The notes under the pieces were generated by a model. That model made no database searches and was not told where the DNA came from. It was given only the letters and a program-made list of their open reading frames with translations. A stretch of 62,651 bases of DNA, filler included. It is 4 parts of 4 records of this genome, joined end to end, with 100 filler letters (N's around TTAATTAATTAA, not from the genome) between each part and the next. Parts side by side here need not be neighbours in the genome. Positions count along the whole stretch, not along the records: positions 1 to 31,887 come from SRR31156797_770; 3 more parts are not named here. One strand, written 5' to 3'. This document shows, in pieces, positions 1 through 9,272 of the stretch (within the stretch, counting starts at the first letter, position 1; every line of letters starts with the position of its first letter). Position numbers and translations under genes: made by a program.

Positions 1-29
1 CGCAGGTTCGAATCCTGCATAGCCCACCA
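1..29 (+). tRNA. 3' fragment of a tRNA (isotype undetermined; Val/Ile-like acceptor), truncated at window start
   Basis: T-arm GCAGG-TTCGAAT-CCTGC followed by acceptor strand ATAGCCC, discriminator A and encoded CCA; the anticodon lies outside the window. Confidence 0.85.
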
Positions 30-39
30 TCAAGGAATT

Positions 40-81
40 AAGGACTTATGTGTTTGATGACACATAGGTCCTTTTCTTTTT
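40..81 (+). terminator. Rho-independent terminator after the tRNA
   Basis: Stem AGGACTTATGTGT / ACACATAGGTCCT followed by TTTCTTTTT. Confidence 0.75.
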
Positions 82-160
82 GCTTACAAAATTGTCGCTC
101 TGTGGTTATCATCATGGGAATACGTGTTCTCTCTGAACGAATAACCGTGTGAGGATGAAA

Positions 161-652
161 ATGAAGCGTTTTTTGAGTATGGTGATTGTGTTGGCTATGG
201 TGCTGGGGGCCACAGTTGCTCAGGCTTCCGATGATGTCGATAAGTATAAGAAAATAAAGATTGTCGATAGCATACGGGTTTATGTCGATGCCGATGATAT
301 GGTGAAAGCCGATGAAGTTCAGGCGTATGCCCGTAAGTATTTTCAGGCTTTTATGGGGGACATGCGGCTGAATGATGAAGCTTGGGTAGATAACTATCCG
401 GCCGCTGGGTACGAGATTGAGAATGTCGGATATATCATTCTCAAGGTTATGAATATCAGGACTGTTGGCGGCGTAAATGCGTACCATTTGAATTTTGAAT
501 TCGGTGTTCCACCTCGTCAGGTGTACTGGGAAACTGCCATGATGGGCATCGCTCCGAATACTTTTGATTTCAAGAAAGAGCTGCAGGAGGATGTCGAAGC
601 CATCATCAAAAAGTTCGCTGATGCGTTTCGAGAAAAGCGTGGATGGCAATAA
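161..652 (+). CDS. Hypothetical exported protein
   Basis: GAGGA RBS at 151-155 before ATG 161; Sec signal peptide MKRFLSMVIVLAMVLGATVAQA; a terminator follows. Confidence 0.75.
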   Translation: MKRFLSMVIVLAMVLGATVAQASDDVDKYKKIKIVDSIRVYVDADDMVKADEVQAYARKYFQAFMGDMRLNDEAWVDNYPAAGYEIENVGYIILKVMNIRTVGGVNAYHLNFEFGVPPRQVYWETAMMGIAPNTFDFKKELQEDVEAIIKKFADAFREKRGWQ

Positions 653-658
653 CGATAA

Positions 659-690
659 AGAGAAGACTCACCTTATGGTGGGTTTTCTCT
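659..690. terminator. Hairpin between convergent genes (probable bidirectional terminator)
   Basis: AGAGAAGACTCACC-TTAT-GGTGGGTTTTCTCT inverted repeat. Confidence 0.65.
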
Positions 691-709
691 TGTTTGCCTC
701 AATATTTTT

Positions 710-1129
710 TTAAAGAGATTCTGATTCTTCAGCGGCGATAGGCTTCTCGTCTATGTAAGGCATGTATTTTTTGTCTTGTTCCATGATGTGGTTAGTCAAC
801 CATCGACTCAGGAAGACAAACACTTGAGAGAGGTTTGTCTTGTTGAAAAGGTTGCGTTGGAACTCATCGACGTCCTCATTGAATTTTCTGTGCAATTTTA
901 TATGATTTTCTAAGTCAGAAAAATTGTTTTCTCGCATGTAGTTTTCTTCAGTTTCAAAGTGCATGGCGGCATACGTGCGCATTTTTTTGATAAGAAGAGA
1001 CAGAGCCGGTTCGTCGTGCCGCTGTATTGCTTCAAATGATTCGTTGATCAGGGTGATAAGTTCCTGATGTTGCTTGTCCAGCTCTTCTACACTGACGGAC
1101 ATGGTTTCATCCCATTGCATGAGGGACAT
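710..1129 (-). CDS. Single-domain bacteriohemerythrin
   Basis: W-x4-SV...DKQH, HFETEE, HIKLH and WLTNHIMEQD give the full di-iron ligand set; TGGAG RBS places the start at 1129 rather than 1387. Confidence 0.92.
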   Translation of the reverse strand: MSLMQWDETMSVSVEELDKQHQELITLINESFEAIQRHDEPALSLLIKKMRTYAAMHFETEENYMRENNFSDLENHIKLHRKFNEDVDEFQRNLFNKTNLSQVFVFLSRWLTNHIMEQDKKYMPYIDEKPIAAEESESL

Positions 1130-1358
1130 TTTTGACTCCATTGTGCTGTTTTTAGATAATAAAATAGTATCAGAAACAGAGATAATGGCAAGATGTCGTT
1201 CGGAGTGTTGTGTTATGTCTCTGTGATTTTGAGCGATTATTCTTTGTTGCTTTTTGAAGTATACCATTTTCGGAAAAATGTTCAGATTATAATTCCAAAA
1301 GCATGTGTGTTGTGGTTGCATCCAATACTGAGAATATGCCCGGTTTGGAGGTGGCTTA

Positions 1359-1634
1359 ATGAGTAAAATGTTAATTATGTCAAACAAATGTCGTGAGTGT
1401 GTGTTTTATCATAAAAAATGCGTGCTTGGACACAAACGTCCCTGGAATTCTTTGAGTTGTGATGATTTTCGACCCTATTGTCTAGTGTGTAATTATCCCA
1501 GAGAGTTCTGTAACACCTGTCGTAATCTTGCCTCTTGTAAAATGAAACCGCTTGAAATGGATTCGAAAGCGACATTCAAGCATTTTCATGCATTGCAATT
1601 TGAATGTGTTTGGCAGCCGACAAATTTGCAGTAG
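1359..1634 (+). CDS. Small Cys-rich hypothetical protein (putative metal-binding)
   Basis: GGAGGT RBS at 1347-1352; 91 aa with 10 Cys including three CxxC; TATAAT at 1288-1293. Confidence 0.55.
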   Translation: MSKMLIMSNKCRECVFYHKKCVLGHKRPWNSLSCDDFRPYCLVCNYPREFCNTCRNLASCKMKPLEMDSKATFKHFHALQFECVWQPTNLQ

Positions 1635-1744
1635 TCATTTTATCTTTGTGAATCATTGGTTCCCGAAAGTCTCGAATCTCCGCTTAACTTTTCTGATTTT
1701 TCCGTCTAGATTAACTCGCCAAAACTAACTGAACGGGAACCACA

Positions 1745-3589
1745 ATGGGATACAAGAATACTGGGGAGTGCCTCGACGCACTCGAAGCCAGAGGAGAACT
1801 GGTTCGCATTGATGCGTCCGTTGATGCCAATATTGAAGTCGGCGCGATTCAGCGCCGGGTTTTTCAGGCAGGCGGACCGGCTTTGCTCTTTAATCATGTG
1901 AAAGGTTGTCGGTTCCCCATGGCCGCTAACATCTTTGGCACAAGAGAGCGGATGCATTTCATATTCCGTGATACTATTGATATGGTAGAACGGTTGATGA
2001 AGCTGAAGATGAACCCGATGGAATTACTCAAGCGTCCATGGAAATACCTTGGTGCGCCTCTGACCGGATATAATACCATGCCGAAGCGGGTTTCGTCAGG
2101 GCCGATCATGGAGAATGAAACCTCTATTTCCTCATTACCGCAGCTTGTGTCCTGGCCCATGGATGGCGGCGGTTATGTGACTTTGCCACAAGTATACACC
2201 GAAGAGCCTGACAATCCGGGTTTTGCTGGGTCCAACATGGGGATGTATCGGGTTCAGCTTTCGGGCAACAACTATGTGCCTGATGAAGAAATCGGCTTGC
2301 ATTATCAGATTCATCGGGGCATCGGACATCATCATGCTCAGGCTTTGCGCAAAGGGGAACCGCTTAAAGTAAATGTTTTTGTGGGCGGCCCACCGGCCAT
2401 GACGCTGGCTGCGGTCATGCCATTACCCGAAGGACTCGCTGAGATCTTTTTTGCTGGTGCCATGGCTGGACATCGTATCCCCATGGTCAAGCGTGAGGGC
2501 GGTTTGTCTGTTCCGGCTCAGGCTGATTTTTGTATTTGCGGTACAATTGTTGAAGATCTGCAGAAACCCGAGGGACCATTTGGTGATCACTTGGGATATT
2601 ACAGTTTGGCACATGATTTTCCAGTGCTCAAAGTAGACAAAGTGTATCATCGAGATGATGCAATCTGGCCGTTTACCACTGTGGGGCGTCCTCCGCAGGA
2701 AGATACCATGTTCGGTCAGTTTATTCATGAGTTGACCGCTGACTTGGTGCCGTCTGTCTTTGCGGGCGTGCATGAAGTTCATGCAGTTGATGCGGCAGGG
2801 GTTCATCCTTTGCTGCTGGCTGTAGGGAGTGAACGATATGTTCCTTATGCTGAGGAACGGCAGCCGCAGGAATTGTTGACTAATGCGCTGGGCTTGCTTG
2901 GAAATACTCAGACATCGTTGTCAAAATACGTGCTGATCGCGGCCCGAGAAGATATGGCGAGTGGTTCCTCTTGTCATGATATTCCGTTTTTTTTCCGTCA
3001 TATGTTGGAACGGGTGGACCTTGCACGGGATCTGCATTTTATTACTCGGACCACCATCGATACGCTGGATTATTCCGGTATCAGTTTGAATCAGGGGTCC
3101 AAGTTGATATTCGCTGCCGCGGGAAGTGTGAAGCGAGAGCTTGGAACGGAGTTGCCTACAGGGATTGATTTACCGCGAGGTTTTCGTGATCCGCAGGTCT
3201 TTGCTCCCGGAATTATGATTATTAAGGGTCCAAAACATCGTCGGAAGCGGGATCAACAGGATCCTGCACTGGACCGCATTGGCGATATGTTGAACACGGT
3301 GCGAGAGATCGAAAAATTTCCCATGATTGTAGTGGCCGACGATGCCGGTTTCACTGCAAGGGATTGGGATAATTTCTTATGGGTGGCTTTTACTCGTTCA
3401 GATCCGGCCACGGATATTTATGGAGTGGGTGGATTTACTCATGCCAAGCATTGGGGTGCAGACAAGGCTATTGTTGTTGACGCCCGTCTCAAGACGTATC
3501 ATGCACCGCCCCTTGTCCCGGACCCTGAAGTTGAGAAGCGAGTTGACGCACTTGGTGCGAAGGGCGGCCCTCTTTATGGAATCATCTAG
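1745..3589 (+). CDS. UbiD family (prFMN-dependent) decarboxylase
   Basis: Typical UbiD motifs: NMGMYRVQ, EGPFGDHLGYY, TVGRPPQED. Confidence 0.9.
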   Translation: MGYKNTGECLDALEARGELVRIDASVDANIEVGAIQRRVFQAGGPALLFNHVKGCRFPMAANIFGTRERMHFIFRDTIDMVERLMKLKMNPMELLKRPWKYLGAPLTGYNTMPKRVSSGPIMENETSISSLPQLVSWPMDGGGYVTLPQVYTEEPDNPGFAGSNMGMYRVQLSGNNYVPDEEIGLHYQIHRGIGHHHAQALRKGEPLKVNVFVGGPPAMTLAAVMPLPEGLAEIFFAGAMAGHRIPMVKREGGLSVPAQADFCICGTIVEDLQKPEGPFGDHLGYYSLAHDFPVLKVDKVYHRDDAIWPFTTVGRPPQEDTMFGQFIHELTADLVPSVFAGVHEVHAVDAAGVHPLLLAVGSERYVPYAEERQPQELLTNALGLLGNTQTSLSKYVLIAAREDMASGSSCHDIPFFFRHMLERVDLARDLHFITRTTIDTLDYSGISLNQGSKLIFAAAGSVKRELGTELPTGIDLPRGFRDPQVFAPGIMIIKGPKHRRKRDQQDPALDRIGDMLNTVREIEKFPMIVVADDAGFTARDWDNFLWVAFTRSDPATDIYGVGGFTHAKHWGADKAIVVDARLKTYHAPPLVPDPEVEKRVDALGAKGGPLYGII

Positions 3590-3602
3590 CAGTGGAGATA
3601 AA

Positions 3603-4112
3603 ATGGACGAGAAAGTCTTAAAGGAATTGAAGCTCGCCTTTGCCTGCGATGTGTATGAAACAGTCAAGGCTGCTCGCAAGAATCGTGATGAGCATGTTTT
3701 TCGTCATACCATGGCTGAAGAAGACGGGCAGATGGTTTTTGCCGGGATGTTTCCCAAGAAAGACATTATGGAATTCCCCAATTTGACCGAAGAATTCGTG
3801 GATAAGTTGCATACGTTTAATCTGCTCGGCGTGATTACCGATGGAGAGAGCGGTTTGGATATGTTTTATCTCGGTGGCATGAATAAACCCTTTACTTCTT
3901 TGTCCAATGGGCAGGAATTGGTCAGACATCTGGCCGATGAACCTCTTTTGGCTTTTCTGGAAATGTACTTCAAGATCAAAGGTGTGATGATCAATTTCAG
4001 AGAAATGAATTATGAAGAATTTACGACCGCTATAGAAAGCGAAGTGTTTAAGAATACATCGTTTTCTCAAATGAGTGAAGCTCAAGAGTTTTTGGAAGTC
4101 ATCAAAAATTGA
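3603..4112 (+). CDS. Hypothetical protein
   Basis: GGAGA RBS at 3594-3598 and ATG 3603, just after the UbiD stop; ends before a strong terminator. Confidence 0.7.
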   Translation: MDEKVLKELKLAFACDVYETVKAARKNRDEHVFRHTMAEEDGQMVFAGMFPKKDIMEFPNLTEEFVDKLHTFNLLGVITDGESGLDMFYLGGMNKPFTSLSNGQELVRHLADEPLLAFLEMYFKIKGVMINFREMNYEEFTTAIESEVFKNTSFSQMSEAQEFLEVIKN

Positions 4113-4122
4113 TAGAGCACAT

Positions 4123-4163
4123 AAAAAAAAGGCCGCACTTCATTGAAGTGCGGCCTTTTTTTT
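4123..4163. terminator. Bidirectional Rho-independent terminator
   Basis: A8-GGCCGCACTTCA-T-TGAAGTGCGGCC-T8 between convergent genes. Confidence 0.9.
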
Positions 4164-4174
4164 ATGTATCAGTA

Positions 4175-4573
4175 TTATGTGTTGAGTGCTCTTTCCAGAG
4201 CCACTTCAAGCATGCGCGTATGAAGGCGAATGGAAATGGTGTCGCTGTTTTCAATATTGTCGACGAGTTCTCTGAGTTTGTCGACGGATTCAAGGCACGC
4301 CGTGATGATCAATTCGTTTGGAGTGAGTTGTTTTTTGCGGACCATTTCCAGTATGTTTTCAATCTTATGTGCCAATTCCTCAATACTTTTGAGTTCAAGC
4401 AGATTGGACCCCGCCTTGACTGAATGGGCATCGCGAAAGATAGAGTTGACTGTTTCCTGATCGCAGTTGATCCCGCATTCTTCCAAACGCAAAAGGCCCG
4501 ACTCGATGGAGTCGAGCCGTTCGGCTGTTTCTTCTATGAAGATTTCAACTACTTCGTCGCCGCGTTGGATCAA
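4175..4573 (-). CDS. Stand-alone Hpt (CheA P1-like) phosphotransfer protein
   Basis: FIEETAERLDSIE...IFRDAHSVKAGS...LAHKIENIL motif; TTG start overlaps the cheV stop. Confidence 0.88.
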   Translation of the reverse strand: MIQRGDEVVEIFIEETAERLDSIESGLLRLEECGINCDQETVNSIFRDAHSVKAGSNLLELKSIEELAHKIENILEMVRKKQLTPNELIITACLESVDKLRELVDNIENSDTISIRLHTRMLEVALERALNT

Positions 4574-5514
4574 TCTATGCCACCTTCTATGAGGTTGATT
4601 GCGATTTCTGGAATCGTATTCAAATCGGGCTTGGATATCTGCCTGTTGGCACCGACAGAATCGCCTTTATGCTTCAGTTCCTTCGTGATGATGGAGGAAT
4701 ACAGTATAACAGGTAACTTATGCAAGAGGGGATCGTCCTTGATGTTTTTGGTCAGGCTAAATCCATCCATAAGCGGCATTTCGATGTCGGAAATGACAAT
4801 GTCTACGAATTCAGTGATGTCTTTACCTTCTGCTTCAGCTTTATCTCTGAATTCTCTGATGGTCCGCAAGGCTTCATCACCGTTATTCGTTATGATCGGG
4901 TTGAAATTGGCCTCAGTGAGGTTTTGTTTGATCATGGCCCGAATGGTGGCGGAGTCATCAGCGACAAGCACATTGTATCGAGTTTCAGAGATGGTCACAT
5001 CTTTATCTGATTTCGGTTCGAATTGTGTCAGGATGGTTTCCAAATCAAGGAGTTGGACAAAATAATCTCCCTTATCAATGAGGCCGACGATGGCGTCAGT
5101 GTTACTGGAGATGATATTTGAAGGAGGAATGACTTCTCCCCAGCCCACACGGTGAATTTCCGTGACACCTGAAACCAGAAATCCTGTGACGGATTTACTG
5201 AATTCAGTGACAATGACAATGTCGCGTTCAGTTTTTGGCATATTCAGTTCCAGCCAAACAGAAAGGTCGAGAACCGGGAGAATCAGGTCACGAAGAGGTA
5301 TGGTTCCCATAAAGGATGGATGGGGAGCTGATTCCGGCGGATCGAGGTTCGGAGTCTCAATGACCTGCATAACTTTGGCCACGTTGATTCCGAAAAAATT
5401 GGGGACAGGCTCTTCGCCTTCCTTGCGGATTTCATTGATGGAGAACTCGAGAATTTCAAGTTCATTGGTTCCTGTTTCCAACAGGATTCCGGTGTCTATT
5501 GCACTCTTACTCAT
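4570..5514 (-). CDS. cheV: Chemotaxis protein CheV (CheW + receiver)
   Basis: LETGTNELEILEF...FGINVAKV CheW domain; receiver with VADDS, SDIEMPLMDG and SKP; GGGAG RBS supports start 5514. Confidence 0.9.
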   Translation of the reverse strand: MSKSAIDTGILLETGTNELEILEFSINEIRKEGEEPVPNFFGINVAKVMQVIETPNLDPPESAPHPSFMGTIPLRDLILPVLDLSVWLELNMPKTERDIVIVTEFSKSVTGFLVSGVTEIHRVGWGEVIPPSNIISSNTDAIVGLIDKGDYFVQLLDLETILTQFEPKSDKDVTISETRYNVLVADDSATIRAMIKQNLTEANFNPIITNNGDEALRTIREFRDKAEAEGKDITEFVDIVISDIEMPLMDGFSLTKNIKDDPLLHKLPVILYSSIITKELKHKGDSVGANRQISKPDLNTIPEIAINLIEGGID

Positions 5515-5752
5515 GAATGGTCTCCCAATCAGGTTCATATCGACGATTTCAACCAAGTTTCAGTTATATACGCTGTCATGGATTTTATGTCCATGTCGTT
5601 AGAAAGTTTCGTGTGAATTTATAATGCCTTCATGGTGAATTATCCACAAAAAAAGGTGGGGTGTAATTTTGCGTAAGGCCTTGACGTCTTCACTCAGCCC
5701 ATGCACAAGGATATTGGTTGAAAATGTTCATAAAATGTAATGGAGATGCATA

Positions 5753-8710
5753 ATGAGCGACAAAATCACTGTGGATCCGACGAATGTTCAGAAAAAGGTC
5801 GTTGAAAGGTTCCAGAAATCAATTTCAGATCTTATCCCTTGGTTCTACAACGACATGCCGGAATACTATTTCCTGACGCATGGCGAAGAAGAACAAATAA
5901 ATCATGTCATGGCATTGCTTTCCGGCATGGTTCGCAAGGAAAAGCAATCTTTGGCCCTGCATAGTCCGTGTGGAACTAAGGTTACACACATTACTCCGGG
6001 CGGAGATATGGATGCTTTGGCCGGGGTTCTTAAAGGATATCAGGATCGGGATATTCAGATTGCTCGTATTTATTCCAGTCGTGATGATTCGTTGCGGCTT
6101 GATACTTTTGTTTTCGGTCCGCAACCTTTGTGTGCCGTTGACGCTCAATCCGTCAAAAATGTGATGGGGATGATTCAGGACGGAACCGTTGACCTTGGTT
6201 CGGAAGACAGTGGTGAGTTCAAAAACTTTCTTGGTTCGGTGAGTGAAGATTACATTGAGAAATTTGAACCGGGACGGGTCTTGCGTCATTTCAAAACCTG
6301 TGGCTGCGTTGAAACTCAAGAAAGGGTGCAGGTTTTGCTTGAAAAGGATGTCCACCCAGGCTTTGACCGCATCAGTGTGGCCATGGCTAATCCTCCGCGG
6401 ACATCCTTATTATTGCGAGTTGTGAATGTGTTTGCTCGCGAAAGTATTCCTGTTGATCGGGCTTATTCGGACCAGTTTGAACGCGGTGAGAAATCACCTG
6501 TGGCTATCATGAGTTTTTATTTGGACAAGAAACGCATTGATCTTGAAGAGACCAGCGAGCAGTGGCTGCGCCTTAAGCGTCAGCTTGAAATGACCAAATG
6601 GTTTGCCCCCCATGGGTTGGATGCCCTGGCCAATGAAGAAGGGTGGGAACTTGAGCAGGTCATGCTTATGCAGGCGGCCGGAGAGTTTGCACATCAGTTC
6701 CTTATCAAGAAGGACATGCACGCTTATACGTCCAGTCGGATTGTGTACGTTATCCTCAAACATCGGGATGTTGCGCAGAAGCTGCTCGACTATTTTGATG
6801 CACGGTTTAATCCCGATTTTACCGGAGATCGAGAAGCCGCAATGGCCGAGAAACGTGCAATTGCGCGGGCTGCCATTCGGGATGTTGGAAACGCCATTCA
6901 TCGCGATATCCTGACATATATTTATAAATTCTTCAGGTATACATTACGGACAAATTATTATTTGGAACATAAGCTTGGCTTGAGTTTCCGACTTGATCCA
7001 CTGATTTTGGCTCCCATGCCCAAAGAAGAGCGGCCGTTTGGCGTTTATTGTTTCCATGGTCCATACAGTTTTGCTTTCCAGGTGCGGTATCGAGATACGG
7101 CGCGTGGTGGTGTGCGTGTCGTTCGGACCTGGAGTCAGGAAGGGTTTGAAATGGAATCCAACCGATTGTTTGATGAAGTGACCAAACTTGCCTCGGCTCA
7201 ACAGTTTAAAAATAAGGATATTCCCGAGGGAGGATCCAAGGCAGTTATTCTTCTTGGACCAGATGGTGATATTGATCTGGCCGTCAAATCCATGGTGGAT
7301 TCTTTCCTTGATCTTTTGGTTATCCCTGAAGGGACGGACGGTTTTGTCCAGCCTGGTATCGTCGACCATTTGGGGCGTGAAGAGATCATCTTCCTTGGCC
7401 CGGATGAGAATATTACTCCCGATCATATTCGGTGGATTGCAGCACGGGCGGAACAACGCGGGTACAAGTGGCCCAGCGCATTTATGAGTTCCAAACCCGG
7501 AGCAGGCATCGCGCACAAGGAATATGGTGTGACTTCCGAAGGCGTTATTGTTTTCGCCGACGAGTTGTTGCGTACGCTTGGTATTAATCCGGATGAAGAC
7601 CCGTTTACGGTCAAAATCACCGGTGGGCCTGCGGGTGACGTCGCATCTAATGTCATGCGTTTCCTCATGCGGGATTATGGTGAAAATGCGAAGATTGTGG
7701 CCATGACCGACGGACACGGTGCTGCCTATGATCCAGACGGTATGGATCATGCTGAACTTCTCCGACTCATGGACGGTGAATACAAAGCCTCCCATTTTGA
7801 TAAATCCAAGTTGAAAGGGAAGGGGGCATTCGTCGTGTCCACGGAAGAACCGGAGGGCACGCGCATACGCAATACGCTCCACAATACGGCGATTGCGGAT
7901 ATCTTTATTCCTTCAGGAGGGCGGCCCGATACAATAAACATGTCCAACTGGAAGGAATTCTTGCAGGCGGATGGCACTCCTTCAGCGCGTGGTTTGGTAG
8001 AAGGAGCGAATATTTTCATTTCCACTGATGCTCGTGCCGAAATGGAAAAAGCTGGGGTCCTTGCTGTACCGGGACCTTCTGCCAATAAGACAGGCGTCAT
8101 TTGTTCTTCCTATGAGATTTTGGCGGGCCTTATTCTTAATGAAGAGGAATTCCTGGAAATCAAGGATGAATACGTGGCGCAATTGATCGATATTCTGCGG
8201 GATAGGGCTCGGTCCGAGGCGCAAGTTCTCATGCGTGAGTTTAAGTTGGCTGGCGGAAAGCGGACCATTACCGAGTTGTCATTTGAACTGTCTGAATCCA
8301 TTAATTCACTTGCAGACAAAGTCGCTCTGGTCCTGAATGATTCGGTTGATAAGGTTGCTGATGATCCCGAACTGGTCGAGGTCCTTTTGTCTTACTGCCC
8401 AGCGGTGTTCGTGGAAAAATATCGTGATCGAATCGTTAATGATTTGCCGCGAGGTCATCAAATGGCTCTGTTGGCATCGTTTGTTTCGGCCAAGATGTTG
8501 TATCAGGAAGGCATGGGGTGGGCTGACCATCTTGTCGAGTTGCGGGATATCCGTGATGTAGTCTTCAGCTATCTGGCACAGGAAAAGATTGTTGCAGGGC
8601 TGCTGGCCGAGGTCCGAAAGGCTGGATTGGAGCATGGAGAACTTATTTCCAAGATTCTGGAAAATTCCGGGCGCAAGCAACTTACATTGGGTAAACTTGG
8701 ATTGGGTTGA
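5753..8710 (+). CDS. Large-type NAD-specific glutamate dehydrogenase
   Basis: ARGGVR, AQQFKNKDIPEGGSK, GPDEN, HKEYGVTSEGV, TGGPAGDVASN, EGAN and ANKTGVICSSYE motifs. Confidence 0.9.
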   Translation: MSDKITVDPTNVQKKVVERFQKSISDLIPWFYNDMPEYYFLTHGEEEQINHVMALLSGMVRKEKQSLALHSPCGTKVTHITPGGDMDALAGVLKGYQDRDIQIARIYSSRDDSLRLDTFVFGPQPLCAVDAQSVKNVMGMIQDGTVDLGSEDSGEFKNFLGSVSEDYIEKFEPGRVLRHFKTCGCVETQERVQVLLEKDVHPGFDRISVAMANPPRTSLLLRVVNVFARESIPVDRAYSDQFERGEKSPVAIMSFYLDKKRIDLEETSEQWLRLKRQLEMTKWFAPHGLDALANEEGWELEQVMLMQAAGEFAHQFLIKKDMHAYTSSRIVYVILKHRDVAQKLLDYFDARFNPDFTGDREAAMAEKRAIARAAIRDVGNAIHRDILTYIYKFFRYTLRTNYYLEHKLGLSFRLDPLILAPMPKEERPFGVYCFHGPYSFAFQVRYRDTARGGVRVVRTWSQEGFEMESNRLFDEVTKLASAQQFKNKDIPEGGSKAVILLGPDGDIDLAVKSMVDSFLDLLVIPEGTDGFVQPGIVDHLGREEIIFLGPDENITPDHIRWIAARAEQRGYKWPSAFMSSKPGAGIAHKEYGVTSEGVIVFADELLRTLGINPDEDPFTVKITGGPAGDVASNVMRFLMRDYGENAKIVAMTDGHGAAYDPDGMDHAELLRLMDGEYKASHFDKSKLKGKGAFVVSTEEPEGTRIRNTLHNTAIADIFIPSGGRPDTINMSNWKEFLQADGTPSARGLVEGANIFISTDARAEMEKAGVLAVPGPSANKTGVICSSYEILAGLILNEEEFLEIKDEYVAQLIDILRDRARSEAQVLMREFKLAGGKRTITELSFELSESINSLADKVALVLNDSVDKVADDPELVEVLLSYCPAVFVEKYRDRIVNDLPRGHQMALLASFVSAKMLYQEGMGWADHLVELRDIRDVVFSYLAQEKIVAGLLAEVRKAGLEHGELISKILENSGRKQLTLGKLGLG

Positions 8711-8733
8711 GGGTGATTGAATTCTAAATATCT

Positions 8734-8780
8734 GCGGTTCCTGATGATTTTATATTTCATCAGGAACCGCTTTTTCTTCT
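8734..8780 (+). terminator. Rho-independent terminator
   Basis: GCGGTTCCTGATGA...TCATCAGGAACCGC followed by TTTTTCTTCT. Confidence 0.8.
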
Positions 8781-8800
8781 TGTATTGGTATGAAATAATC

Positions 8801-8853
8801 TTGACAAACATATGAGCAGATCGTACTCTAACGACAAATGAACAACTACTCAT
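8801..8853 (+). promoter_or_regulatory. Sigma70 promoter with ArsR/SmtB-type operator
   Basis: TTGACA (8801-8806), 17 bp, TACTCT (8824-8829); operator ATGA-ACAACTAC-TCAT at 8838-8853. Confidence 0.7.
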
Positions 8854-8865
8854 GTGAGGCGAATC

Positions 8866-9222
8866 ATGTCCAATATGGCGTGTAGTGATACAGAACAACA
8901 CGAAAAGAATGTGGCTGCTGCCAAGGAAAAGATGCTGTCCGAAAGGGAATTTCTCTTTCTGGCAGAATTGTTCAAGGCTCTTGGTGATTATACCCGTGTC
9001 CGTATTCTCTATGCCTTGTCTGTTGGTGAGTTGTGTGTTTGTGCGTTGGCTGAAGTTCTCGATATGTCTCAATCCGCCATTTCCCATCAGTTGCGTTTGC
9101 TCCGTGCCGCAAAGCTGGTTCGGTATCGTAAGGAAGGAAAGAATGTTTTTTATTCTCTGGATGATGACCACGTGCGCAATTTGGTCAGTCAGGGGCTCGA
9201 GCATGTCAGAGAACAGGGGTAA
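8866..9222 (+). CDS. ArsR/SmtB family metal-sensing repressor (ZiaR/CadC-like)
   Basis: LFKALGDYTRVRIL, ELCVC, SQSAISHQLRLLR and the alpha5 site DxH-x10-H-x2-E. Confidence 0.93.
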   Translation: MSNMACSDTEQHEKNVAAAKEKMLSEREFLFLAELFKALGDYTRVRILYALSVGELCVCALAEVLDMSQSAISHQLRLLRAAKLVRYRKEGKNVFYSLDDDHVRNLVSQGLEHVREQG

Positions 9223-9254
9223 GAGCCCCCTGTTCTCTTTTTTTTAACTTGTTT

Positions 9255-9272
9255 TATGAATACATACTCATA
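9255..9272. promoter_or_regulatory. Second ArsR/SmtB-type operator upstream of the permease
   Basis: TATGA-ATACATAC-TCATA, the same ATGA-N8-TCAT core as at 8838-8853. Confidence 0.65.

Noticed and set aside
38-649. 203-aa minus-strand ORF
   Set aside because: Antisense to the signal-peptide gene at 161-652, which has an RBS and terminator.
1130-1387. N-terminal extension of hemerythrin in the ORF track (also extensions at 3342, 10462, 58836, 60915, 49282)
   Set aside because: Internal ATGs with RBS or family-typical N-termini explain the genes; the extensions overlap neighbours, terminators or promoters.
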